DNA of 64,000 nt from Syncephalis fuscata S228. Lineage: Eukaryota; Fungi; Zoopagomycota. A model generated the notes under the pieces. That model made no database searches and was not told the DNA's origin. It worked only from the letters and a program-made list of their open reading frames with translations. The translations under genes and the position numbers were made by a program. This document shows, in pieces, positions 14,060 to 27,619 of the stretch (position 1 is the stretch's first letter; every line of letters starts with the position of its first letter). Where the stretch lies: positions 310,001-374,000 of the forward strand of contig JAHLTZ010000026.1 of the NCBI GenBank assembly GCA_025786725.1, given 5' to 3'.

Positions 14060-15118
14060 TTATTCTGTATCTGTATTTGCTGCCACCAATTCATCTATCG
14101 GTTCCATTTGCAAATCATCGTCATCGTGACTATGTACATCGCTATCATCGTCATTATCTTCTCTATCCGAGTCGTGAATCGTTTTAGCTCGTTTATCGTC
14201 ATCAATATTACTTGAGAGTAGGCAGTGTTGAATGAAGCGCTCCAAGGTCGGCACTACAAGCCACCAAGAGACTGCCAATACTACAACAATGGCTACAATA
14301 AGTTTTAATGCTTGATACGGAATACCATGCACAGTGTCTCCAACACTATATTGGCTTAATTAATAGCAGTTCATTATTTAGAAACAAATGGTCGAATTTA
14401 CCAATATTGTAAGGCACAGGCCGTTTTGACAATTCAGGCTGATTTGATACTCCAGCATGAATAGCTTGTACACGTAGTATTAATCGAGATGTTTCAATCT
14501 ATGTATATTACAGTATATATTATATATATATTAGCATATTATTGGCTCTGCTAATTAATTAATTATTTGTTAATTACCTTAGATTCGATAGTATCGGACT
14601 TGTCGGACTCTTCTGCAAATAGTAAATTGCCTACTTGATCATAGCGTAGTAGCGACATAACAAAATCTGTCGGTGTCTATATATAACATTAAATTAACCA
14701 ATAAAATCCTATATTATATAATAAAATATATACAACTTACAGTAGCGCCATAAGATATACGACATTCGTAGCGTTCTCCTTGTGTAATGTTTTCCAGTAA
14801 ATACCATCGTTCAGTAAGCTTAGTATCTTGAATTAGCAATGCTGCCTCATTGTGCTGCTTATCAGAAGTATAATGTTCTAAAAGTACTCTATCGACATCT
14901 GTATCACTTGGTACAATCGATTGCTCGCCATAGAACGTATAAGGTGGTGTTAAAAGAGGCCATATCGATAAATGGCTTAGCTGTTCGTTGACCCGATGCC
15001 ATAGTGTTGAATCAATCGTATACATCTCACCCGTAAATTCAACTTTTTCAATATTACCAGTTACCAACACAGCATAACCTACACTGGCCACAACAATACT
15101 TGTAAACCATCGTGTCAT
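14060..15118 (-). CDS. type I membrane protein resembling Pga1 (GPI-mannosyltransferase II co-activator) family
   Basis: Signal peptide followed by NIEK..F; WYLL…GERYECRISYGAT|PTDF; PVPYNI|…HGIP followed by TM helix and acidic tail; 4 exons. Confidence 0.55.
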
Positions 15119-15571
15119 CTTGAGTGTTATAGTCAGTAATTAGTAGTAGTAGTAGTAGTAGGAGTGTTATTGTAGTAGTGTTGTTTATCAAATGGAATAA
15201 ATGGATACTGAAATCTATAACCAATCAAAATAGGCCAGACATGCGAATGACATCGCTGTAGGTAATTTCCCTGTTCTCGTCTCTTTCTTCGTCTCTCCTC
15301 TCGCTCTCTCGCTCTCTCGCTCTTGAGTTACTCTCTTTTGTATTATCGTTGCTATTGCTGTTGCTGCCGTTGATATTATAGTAAAATTGGTGGCCGTATT
15401 GGTTGGTTGTGCTTTTTATTCATCTTTAACGACCATACACAAGTGATCAGCAACTAGTTACTGACGCGTCATTTGACTTTGAATAGCCGTGCCATTAGTT
15501 GAATAGTTATTACGGCGTAAGTATTTATTACTTTTAAGCAATAGCCCACACGCTAAGCGTCTATATAGACT

Positions 15572-18500
15572 ATGTCGGGCCCACCACCACCACCTCAAGG
15601 ACAGGGGCAATCACCGTATGGATATCCACCACCACCACCGCCACCAGGCCAACAAGGATATTCACAGCCACCGCCTCCGGGTGCTGGTTTGCCACCACCA
15701 CCACCTCAGTTTGCAGGACAGCAGCCACCACCACCACCACATTTGGGACAGCATCCGCCACCACCACCACCTCAATTTGCAGGACAGCACCCACCACCAC
15801 CTCAATTCGCGGGACAACCACCTCTACCACAACATCCTGGACAACAGCCATCACCAGCATTCTATCCATCAGGTACTATGACATCACCACCAGGTTCAAG
15901 AGGACCACCACAGAATGTCATGCCACCACCACCACCGCAACAACAACAACATCCGGGACAGCATCCACCATCATCACATGTATCGAGTGGATCAGGTATT
16001 ACTTCTCCAGGTTCACCACCCGTGACAGGAACTCAACCAATGGCCCAACATCCACGTCGCCGTCAGTACCCGGGTGCACAGGCCCCTGGATATGATTTAT
16101 CTAGTGGTCCGTCTATGCCACCAGCTAATCCAATGATGGGTGGACAGCCTGGTATGAATCAACCATCGCAATTCTTTGTACCAGGTGATACAAGTCAGAT
16201 GGCACCACCAGCTACTGCAGGTTATCCACAGCCACCACAGCAGTCTATTCATCCAGGTATGGGTGGACAGCCACCACAACCTGATATGGCAGCATTACAA
16301 GGTCAATTTAATCAAATGAATATACAACAACAACAACAACAACATGGACCACAAGTGAGTTATATACTATATACTATATAATAGAATAGAATATTAATAT
16401 ATGATATAGCAACCATATAATGTAACATTAGATGGTGTTCAACCAGAAGTAGTTGCTATAACGGCATCTCCACCAACAATCCGATTACCACCTCGTGTAA
16501 GCATGTTATTAATTAGTTAATTAATTGATATTATTTAATTAATATTATTTAATTAATACTATTTATTAGTCATCGGTAACACCTTCTCCTGAGGCAGTTT
16601 GTGCACCAGATTACTGTCGATCAACAGTGAATGCTATTCCAAACTCGTCTTCTTTAGCCAAAAAGATTAAATTGCCACTTGGTCTATTGGTAACACCCCA
16701 TAAGACATTGGCACCACAAGAGGTAAATAGATATTCATATATTATATAGATATTAATATTTAATATTTATTTGTATATATATATATATGTATTTAATTAC
16801 AGCCACCTGTACCTACTGTGTATGAAATTACACGTTGTCGTCGTTGTCGTACCTATATTAATCCATATGTACAATTTATGGATGATGGTCGTCGTTGGAA
16901 GTGTAATCTTTGCTATGTTATCAACGATGGTAAGTAATCATTGTAACTAGTTAGATTATAACTAAACTGTACTTAATAGTGCCACACTTCTTTGACTATA
17001 ATGCCAATGAGCAACGTATGATTAATCGATGGGAGAGACCGGAATTAAACTGTGCTGTGGTTGATTATATTGCACCATCTGAATATATGGTAAGAGAGCG
17101 AATAAACAATTAATATGTGTAATTAATCGTAGCCTCTATTTATTCATAGGTGAGACCACCTCAACCACCTGTCTTTTTATTTGTAATCGATGTATCGGCA
17201 CCCGCCATACAAGCAGGTAAGGATTAATGAGTATATTAGTATTAGGACATCGATATTGATATTTATATAATAATAGGTGTATTATCTGCAGTTTCTTCTA
17301 CCCTGTTGGCCTGTCTCGATCGTATTCCTAATGATGATAAACGGGCCAAGTTTGGTCTTATTACTGTGGATACATCATTGCACTTTTACAGTCTAAAGGT
17401 ATTTTAGTATATGTATTTAGTTGTTGTATTAATTATAGAATAATATTGATAGGCAGATGATCCAGAACCACGCATGTTAGTGGTATCTGATTTAGATGAT
17501 GTGTTTATTCCACAGCCTGATGATTTATTAGTTAATATGGATTCATCAAAGACGGCCATTGAAGGTTTATTGAAGAAATTGCCTGATATGTTTAAGAATA
17601 ATCATGCTACGGGCAATGCATTGGGACCTGCTTTACAAGCTGCATTTAAACTAGTGGTATGTATATAATAGATGGATTGAATAACTTGTAATGATACTAA
17701 TATATATGTATATACATATATTAATATAGTCACCTGTTGGGGGTAGAATTATAGTGTTGCAAAGTAGTCTACCTACATTGAATGAGGGTGCGCTTAAACT
17801 ACGTGAAGAGTCGCAAATGCTAGGTACATCCAAGGTAATGAGCCGATATTAATAATAATATGTATATATATATACTAAGATATAATGTAATAGGAATCGG
17901 CTTTATTGGGTCCAGCTGCTCAGTTCTATAAAACATTTGCTGTTGATTGTTCACGAGTTCAAGTATGTGTGGATATGTTTATGTTCAGTAGTCAATATAC
18001 AGATGTGGCCACTTTAAGTAAGTAATAAATACATTAGTTATAAATCACTATTAATTAAATATAATTGTAATATAATCTATTAGGCTGTCTACCTAAATTC
18101 ACGGGTGGTCAAACTTATTACTATCCAGGATTCCATGCTTCTCGTCGAGAAGATGCAGAAAAGTTTGAATTTGAATTTAATCATTACTTGGAAAGTGAAG
18201 TTGGATTAGAGGCTGTATTACGTTTACGTGCCTCTCGAGGTAAGTCATGGTTATTATACTATTATAATAGCAATATGGTATTAATCATTATTCTTCATTT
18301 TAGGTATTCGTATGACGGCATTCCATGGCAATTTCTTTTTACGTTCTATGGATTTATTGGCCTTACCGGCTGTGACACCGGATCATTGCTATGGTGTTGA
18401 ATTTGCCATTGAAGAAGATATTACGACACCATCAGTAGGATTCCAAACAGCAGTACTCCACACATCATGCCATGGTAATTAATCAATATATATATATATA

Positions 18501-19659
18501 TATGTGTGTGTGTATATGTACTAATATAATGATGTATAGGTGAACGGCGTATTCGTGTCGTGACTCTAGTTTTACCGGTTGTTTCTACCGTCAGTGAAGT
18601 ATATGCATCGGCCGATCAGATTGCACTTACTAGTTTATTGGCCAAGAAGGGTAAGTGGAGATAGTTGATTGTTAAATAGTACTTATTATGAATATAGCGG
18701 TGGAGCGAACCATTAGTTCAAAACTAGAAGATGCTCGAGAAGCATTGAATTACAAGTGCTACGACATTGTCAATACATACAAGACAGAATTGACAGCATC
18801 AGCATCGGGAGCGGCAGTGCATTTACAATTATGCGAGAATCTAAAGCTATTACCGCTATTTACACTAGCACTACAGAAACATGTAAGTAATAAAGAATAC
18901 AAATATATATACAAATATACATATATATATATATATATTACTAATAAATCAATTGTAGGTGTCATTACGAGGTGGATCACAAGTACCGTCGGATTTGCGT
19001 TCTTATGCTATGAATCTACTTTATACAATGCCGCCCGAACTTCTTATTCCTTATATTTATCCACGCCTTTATGCTCTTCACCTAATGCCACCTGAAGTAA
19101 GTAGTATACCATGGTTAATCCAATATATCTAACCAGTCTATTTAGGTGGGCACGATTAATGCCGATGGTGTTACGCTTATGCCATCGCCTATCAATCTTA
19201 GTAGTGAACGGCTAGATCGTGGTGGTGCATTCCTACTTGATGATGGTCAAACATCAATGATATGGCTAGGCCGTGATGTGTCACCACAATTACTACAAGA
19301 TCTATTTGGTGTAGTGAGCTATGATGCACTCCGAGGCGGTAAAGTAAGGGGACTATTTCATAGCCTCCATTTATTGAATACTAATAACCACTTGCCTACC
19401 CATCCAATTATCAATATAGACAACACTGCCCACAGTTGATCACGACTTTTCACGCCGAGTAAAGACGGTGTTGGCCAAACTGCGTCAAGAGAAACGCAAT
19501 ATCTACTACCCAAATCTATATGTAGTTAAGGAAGACGGAGAGCCAGCGTTACGTCTCTGGTTCCTATCTCATCTAATTGAAGATCGTACCGGTGAACAAC
19601 CTGCTTATCCTATGTGGTTAGCACAAATACGAGAAAAGGTTAACTCTGGTTCTTATTAA
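15572..19659 (+). CDS. SEC24: COPII coat subunit Sec24
   Basis: Pro/Gln-rich N-terminus; [12 protein letters not shown] and WKCNLC zinc finger; [15 protein letters not shown] trunk; [10 protein letters not shown]; [10 protein letters not shown]; C-terminal HLIEDR; many GT-AG introns. Confidence 0.95.
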
Positions 19660-20078
19660 TCCAATGGACTATAGCTATATTGCATTGACTGTATAGGCTA
19701 TCCATATATGAAATAAGAGAATTGATGAAGAAGAATATGATTAAAAATGCAATTATCTATGTTATCATTTTATATAATGTAAAGTGTTTACTGTTTATTA
19801 TAAAGTGCCATAATAATAATAATAATAATAATAATAGTAATGTCTCCTGGTATTTCATTGTTGTCATCTCCTGTACTTGTACTACCATTGTAATGACAAT
19901 CAATAAAAGTGATATCCAGGAGTGTGTGTTACAATGATTGAATATAGACCATTGATGTGTGTGTGTGTGTGTGTTAAAGTGTGACTGGTCTAACCCGGAA
20001 CCTTTCGTTTCAATTATCGTCATTCCTCATTCCAATGTTATTTCAAGACCATAACTATTATTGTTACTAACCAACACT

Positions 20079-21260
20079 ATGAATCTACAAAAACACACTA
20101 GTACTCGACGAGAAATGAATCAAAGAAATGAAGAACGGGGAAAAGTAGCGGATAGTTGGTCAGTTTGTTGGTCGGCACTAAATCACTTTGCCATACTCTT
20201 TGGTGCTGTTCTACTACTACTTGGTAAATATATATACATAACTATATATACATATACAAAAGTAGCCATTACATCTATTTATTAATAAACAAACCAATAA
20301 CAGGTGCGATGATTGTTGGTGATCTTTCACCAATAGCTACCATGGTTAATAGTGAACTTGCCGTATTACTTGTTGGTCTTGGCGCTTATGGATTTATTTT
20401 AGGATTTGTTGGATATCGACAACAACATAATGAACAACAACAAAGACAACAACATGATCAATACCGCAATCGCCAATATCTACAGCCATTAACAACACTG
20501 CGCCATCTAAATAGCACTGAACTGAATAGCCATACTAACCATAGTGGAAACCGACGACATATCACTGGTCTATTTGGCCATATTCTCCTTTACACACTAC
20601 TATTATGTAACTATTTAATAATAATAACCACGCAATAACCATATACCCAATAGATTAATCAGGTTATTGTATAATAGGGGTGGGTCTACAAGCAATATAT
20701 TATATACCAGGGGTAATGCATATTCAATAGCTATAACCTATACACTAATCATTTACTATGTATTAATAATAATAATAATAATGACTATTATAGATTCACA
20801 AGGAGTTGAGTACAGCATGGACAAGTGAATACGCACTTCATCCAGATGCACTACAAGAATTAGAACGCAAGGTAATAAGTGAATAACAACAACAACAACA
20901 ACCACAACAATAATACCAACTATTGAATATGAATACTATAAATAGCTTAATTGTTGTGGCTATAACTCGTTATATGATAGAGCCGTACCATCAACATGTG
21001 CAGCTGTAATGAATCGATTAAATCCATGTCAACCACGTATTTATGCACTATGGAATGAATCACTCTATGCTATTGCTATTATTAGTCTTAGTATAGTGGG
21101 ACTGGAGGTAAGTCTATTACCATTTACCATTACTAGTACATTTAATCTAATGTAATGTAAATATTAGATTATTGGTATATGTACTACTGTAGTGACACAA
21201 TGGCAAGTACGACGAAAGACACGTTCATCCTTAGAAGGAAGAGGAACCGCTTTTTGTTAA
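20079..21260 (+). CDS. tetraspanin-like 4-TM protein
   Basis: Hydrophobic helices plus large loop with LNCCGYN and two further Cys; 6 exons; C-terminus uncertain. Confidence 0.7.
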
Positions 21261-21481
21261 TAATGCTTCTTCACCAGATAGTCAGTCTTACTATCATTCT
21301 ATGTCATCATCAAATTGATGGATACTCATTGAACACATCGTATATACACACAAATACACACACATATATATATTAAACGTACTCGGTACAAATAAACAAT
21401 ACCAATATTTTTATTTTTAATATCATTGTAAAAGTAGAAACAGTACAGCAAAGTGTAATTACACTTCAGTGACATACGTAT

Positions 21482-23310
21482 TTATTGCAAAGCCCATATT
21501 TCTATATGAGCACAGGTAAATGTCTCATGAGTTGATAGTTGTGGATTATCAAAGGTGGCACACGGCATACTTGAGCCATTATCAAAACTACTATCAATCC
21601 ATAGACCAAATTTGCCATTACTAATGTCATTGATAGTGTTGATAGATAGGATATTAGTATTGTGTCATTCGTTATTGTGTTGTTATCCCAACACTTACTC
21701 AACACCCATAGCAATGTAATTAGGCTCAGTCATAATGGAATAGTCATTTTTGCCCGTCCATGAATACACTTCAAGTTTATCTTTACCATTAGACGGATCT
21801 TGATCTAATTGCCATAAAAGCTAGTATCAAACGTATTAGTATATTAATAACTATATAGGATTATTATTTATATGGTTATTATTACCATTCACCAGATCCA
21901 TAACAGCCAATATGTGGTTTAAATGATTCAGTAGCATATCCACCAAATATCTAATAGTATTGGTTAATAAACAGCCATATCATTATTAATATTATGAATC
22001 TAATTACTTTGTTTTCTTCATCTTGAATGGCTAGAATAATTGGACCTTTGTTCTCTACACGATTTAGCATGGTAGTAAAACTAATGCCATGTTGATCAAG
22101 ACTATACAAAAGAGACCATCGCCGAGATAAACGTTGTAATGGTGGTAGTTTTAAACGAAGCTACAATAAAAATGATTCATTAATACATTAATATATTGTT
22201 GTTAATAGTTACCTGAGATGCTATCCTAGTTGTTAATACACGCGGACAGTCTGAATATCGACCTATTAGATCAACTTGAGGTGGTGGCACCATAGTACTT
22301 GAATGACTGGTGCCTGTATGCATGGGTGATCGAGGAGGATATGGATCGTTGAATGTACCCAGGGTCATTGGAGATCTAGGAAAGACGGCAATACTATGAC
22401 GTGGTTTAGTATAAAGATTGTCTTTAGATTGCTCTGGTGTAATAGATCCTGATATATAGGATTTACTACGAGATTTAAATAATGGTTTACGTCCAAACCA
22501 CCAACTGCCCATTTCCTCTTTATCACTCTCTGTATTCTGTTCATCTCTATCTGTCTTTTGAACATGATCAACCTCACTATCTTCAATTCTACCATGACTA
22601 GGCATAGCATCCAGCGATAAGGTCGATCCCCGTTTATAATGATTTGACGGGTCTACATGCGTAAACTTTACTTGACCGCCCCGTGAAAACCGTGTCGTGG
22701 GAGACATCGTTGTCCAGGTGTATTCCGAATGTTCCTCCACTGGACTGGCCGCCAATACAAATGACGATGTCGAGTGTCGTTGTCCACGTCGCAGGGCAAC
22801 ATAAGGCGAGCTCTTTGGCGTTGAGTGCGGGGCCGGTAAAGGAGAAGTGGGTGCCGATGACTCAGTCGGTGACTCACATAGCACTAGTGAAGATGTGCTT
22901 GTGGCCGGTAGACCGCCGCTAGTTATTTGTACCGGCTCTGAAATAGTCGACAGAGAACGAGAGAACCCATGACTAGTATCGGGCGGCGATCTCGATATCA
23001 CCTGGACTTGTTGGTGCGAGTGAGCCGTGGTGGCCGTCGTTTGTTGTGACGAGCCGTAGATTAGATCGCGAACAAATCGACCAAAAGCACCACCACTAAC
23101 CGGTGCACTGTTGTGACTGCGTGTTGTAGTTGTGGTGATAGCACCCGTTGAAGCGGGTGGCTGTGGGCTACTGGCACTGCTGTGACCATATTTGCCGCTG
23201 TTATGGTCACTATCGTCTGTGGTAGCACGATGACCCACCGGCATAGACTGGCTTCGGATAGCCTGGCGCTTCCAAGGGTCCAGTATACGCTTAGTATCAG
23301 TTTCAGTCAT
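21482..23310 (-). CDS. OXR1: OXR1/TLDc-domain protein with long Ser/Thr-rich N-terminus
   Basis: RWSLLYSLDQHGISF, GPIILAIQD, IFGGY, YGSGE and terminal IEIWAL motifs of TLDc in the 3' exons. Confidence 0.85.
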
Positions 23311-24087
23311 TGCAGTAAAAGGCTCAATAGGCGGTATTTAAAAGGAAATAGATCACGACGAGCAGCAGGTGCGATATAAACAAAAAGAAACAAAGAATAG
23401 AATGCTGCCAACGCGAAACACGGCCTCCACCAGCACTAGACGCTTTTATATTGGCTGTCGTTATGGCTAACAACAATAATAACACGGCCAATGATATTCA
23501 TACTCTATGCTAAACTACCATATACACAGCCGTTGACTCAATACTGCCCCCACCAACGTACCAATACGAAGAATGACTACTGACAAGCCGCAATGCTGAT
23601 AGACTACTATTGCTATTACTGCTACTATCGCTGCTACCGTCCAATAGACGATAAAAGGATTAATGATGCACTGTATCCGGAAAGTCTTTTGTGCATAAGC
23701 TGCCGAAGCAGAATAAAAAAGGAGTAACAAAAGTTAAGCGATAGAGTGAAGAGAGGAAGTGTAAAAATAGACAACTGGTAAAGTGAAATATAATACAAAA
23801 TGGGGCATTCATATAATTGAGACCGGATGTGGTTAAATGTGTTGTTTAATTATGATATTGAATGTGTAACATACGTATCATATTGGATGGATGGTTGGTT
23901 ATGAATCAATAAACTGTCATGACTTATTAATGAATATATCAGTGTTATTGATACATTGACCTATTCTATAGACTATATAGATTGTTTACCAATTTATTGG
24001 TTGTAACTCAGTTTATTTTCTGGCGAAAGGGCCTGTAGTATTGGTGTAGCTCTCTTTCTTTTTTGGTTCTCGTTCTATTTCAGTCCA

Positions 24088-25548
24088 ATGAATTCTAACG
24101 ACATGCCTAGCCAGAGAAAAGTAGCGTTTATTGTTAATGGCGTGGCTGGCGGCGGTAAAGGCTATGCTGTATGGAATGAAGTAAGAACTGTAAATACTTC
24201 AAGTATGTTCAATTGATAGCGTCTACATTAGGTTAAACCACTAGTGGAGGCTGATTATCCATTAGGATATACTATGGCTTCCACTGAACGATCGGGCCAT
24301 GCTATTGAATTGGCACAATCATTCGTTACAGATGGTATGTATAGGGTAGATAATAGATATGAGTGTATTGATTATGATAGTATAGGATATGAATTAATTG
24401 TAGCCATTGGTGGAGATGGCACTATTAATCAAGTCATTAATGGCTATTTATTAGCAGGTGGTAAAGAACGTGGCACTGTTATAGGAGTGATGTCAGGTGG
24501 CAAGTAACATGGATGAATGATGATCGGTATCGATAGTAACACACTACATTAGGCACAGGAGGTGATTTTATACGTTCATTAAATATGAATAAATTAACAT
24601 CAAAGATGGCATGGGCAGGTATCTATAGATGTGCACTATGCATGATTAACACTGTTCTATTTAGGAGGCGGTCAAGGAAGGAAAGACGATGGCCGTTGAT
24701 GTAGGCTTGGCCACGTATAGACCAGTACCCGAACCGGTATCGACAGCATCTCATGAAGAACAACGATACTTTATCAATATCTGCAGTCTAGGCATGACGT
24801 AAGTTATATAGAGGATCAACATCAGTAGGTTGTAACTATATCATAATGTGCTATTAGAGCGGAGGTAGTTAAAAGTGTAGAAAACAGATCTTTGTTAAAG
24901 AAATGGAGTAGATCATTTGCTTATTGGGTGCAAGGTGTACTTACGCATTTGCCGTATTATCCATTACATCCGGTGACTCTTTCATGGTCATCACCGAGTA
25001 TGAGTTCGGCCGATGTTGCCAGTGATAGTGCGCATTCACCGACGGCTACCATTATAAAGGAGAAGGTGAAGCTCTATTTTGCGGCTATTTGTAATGGACA
25101 GTATTTTGGTGGTGGTATGCGAGTGGCACCCGATGCACAACTATCCAGCGGTAGGGTAAGTACTTTTAGCATAGATATTGTTGTTATTAATGCTTGCTGA
25201 TATAGCTTGAGTTGGTGCGTGTACGGGATATTAATTTATATCGTGCCCTTGCGCACATTATTCCTGGCCTTAAAGAAGGACAAGTATTAACGAAGGCTGG
25301 TCCTGCCCATGCTGTATCGGCCTCATGTACAACTTTTAAAGCCGAGCCTGACCCATTGGACGAATCTTTTACTTCGACATTTATTGAGCTCGATGGAGAG
25401 TTTGTTGGTAAGTCATGGCTAATGATAGACGCATTATAATAACATTTATAGGATAGGTACACTTCCCATGGAAGCATCGGTTATTAATGAGGCAGTTTTA
25501 CTTCGTATGCCTAATTCTAATTCTGATTCTAATTTTGATTCTATTTAA
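24088..25548 (+). CDS. diacylglycerol-kinase catalytic-domain lipid kinase (YegS/BmrU/DgkB-like)
   Basis: FIVNGVAGGG, T.RSGHA, IVAIGGDGTINQVINGY, GTGGDF, DVG, YFINI, NGQYFGGGMRVAPDA, IELDGE; 8 exons. Confidence 0.85.
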
Positions 25549-25558
25549 TACTACAATT

Positions 25559-26482
25559 TTATTCATCATCATCATCTTCTTCTTCTTCTTCTTCTTCTTC
25601 GTTATCGGATGCAAAGTGAATATGTTCGCGTTTCTGTTTGTATTTGCGTTTTTTCAATAACTTTCTTTGTTTAACTTTATCGGAATCGATTAGTTCAGAT
25701 AGTTCTATTGGCTGTTTATCTGTCTTCATAATTACTCCACTAACAGTGTTATTGATATGTGATGCCTTTCGTTTACGTCCATAATCGGTAGTTTGATGAG
25801 TGCCCATTAACATTTGTTGATTGGTGTTTATATGGATATCATTAGGATTAGACTGCATTTGGTGCTTTTCTTCTCTTAATCTATCTCTATAAGCAATATA
25901 CTCTTGTTTTAATTGTAGCCAGTCGTGCCTATATCGAATAGCTGGTTATAAATAGCTTTTTACACTTTACACCTTGCTTACTGGCTCATTATCCGTGTAT
26001 CGCTCAATTCTTTACGTAATGCTGCTAGTGATGAGGGCACCTCTGAGCTTTTACTAACTGAGACTTCATTGACTTGTAATTTATCTATTCAGTGATAAGT
26101 TATATATATATATATATATATATCTAATAACAATTGACTGTTCATTGTCTTACAAAGAGTTGTTTGAGATTGCAACTGGTCAATAAACTGTTTTGCTAAT
26201 AAAGCGTTTTTAAACTGAATAAAGCACCAGTCGCGTAAACGTCCTTGTTCATTACGTGGAAATTCAATACATTGAACTGTGTCTGTTCCTATAGCTGCTT
26301 CTACACTGTTACATATTTTCTCTTCAGTCTTCCAGGCTGTTGGTAATTGCTCCTATTACATAGATTGGCGTCTATTGGTATACTCAAGCTATTATTTATC
26401 TACCATCTCTTACCAGATACACACTGCCTGCAATTACCTCTTTATCTTCGTTTGTACTAATTAAAGTAGTAGCAGTAGACAT
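25559..26482 (-). CDS. RRM protein resembling the RRM1/linker/C-tail of La-related protein 7 (LARP7)
   Basis: Spliced SVYL|EQLP, WCFIQF, then RIMS|xHDWLQLKQEY (cf. LARP7 RVLSKSEWMDLKKEY) and C-terminal KREHIHF plus acidic tail (cf. KHIRF). Confidence 0.55.
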
Positions 26483-26790
26483 GATTCATTAATAAAGGAT
26501 AGGTTGGAATATCAGTTAATTTCGATCAATAGTGGTGTTTGTTATGTTACTAATTAGTAAAAAGGATTTGGCTTAGGTGAAGTACATATTCAACCCAATA
26601 TTTTTTAGTTCAGTTTTCTATTGATACTGAAAAATACTATTATCATTACACTTATTATTTCATTTTAATTTCTGCGTAAAGCTTTAGTATGATTTATATG
26701 CTATAATAGTATAACGATTTTAGCTACAAACCAACAAACCATGATGTTAATAAATATATCGATCTGCACATTACTATAATTGCAACATAC

Positions 26791-26884
26791 TACAGCGAAC
26801 TAGAACTGGCATATCATCCACCATGGCTATACTGGCTACAAAAGTCACGAGGATGATACAGATACCAACAATAAAGAGCTTCAT
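26791..26884 (-). CDS. exon 1 of secreted-peptide microexon family, locus B (downstream exons unclear; possibly truncated)
   Basis: 94-nt exon MKLFIVGICIILVTFVASIAMVDDMPVLVRC+1 nt followed by GTATG donor; colinear at nucleotide level with 59245-59337 and its upstream ~150 bp. Confidence 0.75.
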
Positions 26885-27619
26885 GGTGATACTGATTTAT
26901 TAAGACAAACAAGTAGAATAGACAATAGATTGTGGTGGTAGAAAGTAGTGTGTGTGGGTAATACTATTAGTTGCTTGTGTGTATTGTGTGTCCTATTTAA
27001 GTCTATGGCTATACTGGAATATCAATATAATGTATTGTATAAACTATATTGTTGATGCGCAATGTAAACCAATAGCAGCACATTTATATGATAGTTCGAG
27101 ACTTGCGTATGCCAATATATCGATGGCGCAATAGTATACAACCAAATCTTTGCTTTAACCTGTTCAACATTTACGCAGATGGCACAGTATTCTCAGCATC
27201 CGGTACATATGCGGTAGAATATATATGTAAACCTGTATCTTTTTACACAATTCAACTGTTTAATGAAAATGTGCATTGGTTCAGTAAAAACAGGAATAAT
27301 GTCTTTGTTGCCACTTTTACCAACTAGCTCAGTCTCCAACATTTGTATGCATACCAAACAGCGCACAGCACCAATGCAGTAACAATTCTGATGCGTTAGG
27401 ATATGGCCATTATCACAAAAACGAAAGATACCATTTAAAAAATGTATTGTTATAGTGTTAAATATACGAATAGTAACAGTTAGTACACTAGCATTATTTA
27501 AACAATTGACTAAAAAATAAATTAAATTAATATTATATAACGCTATCATGATGATTTATTAAAATAAAGCATTTAAAAGTTTTTAGCTAGTAAAATACTA
27601 GTCAGTGTAAATGTCACAC

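Noticed and set aside
15570-15881. His-rich and Val-rich ORFs
   Set aside because: Alternate-frame and antisense shadows of the CCA-rich Sec24 N-terminus.
26690-26705. TAG|CAT|ATAAAT as a microexon of locus B
   Set aside because: Donor too degenerate, and an earlier acceptor (26724) intervenes; not supportable.
27060-27435. Hydrophobic, signal-peptide-like minus-strand reading (RIRIVTALVLCAVWYA)
   Set aside because: Interrupted by stops with no recognisable family; at most a relic.
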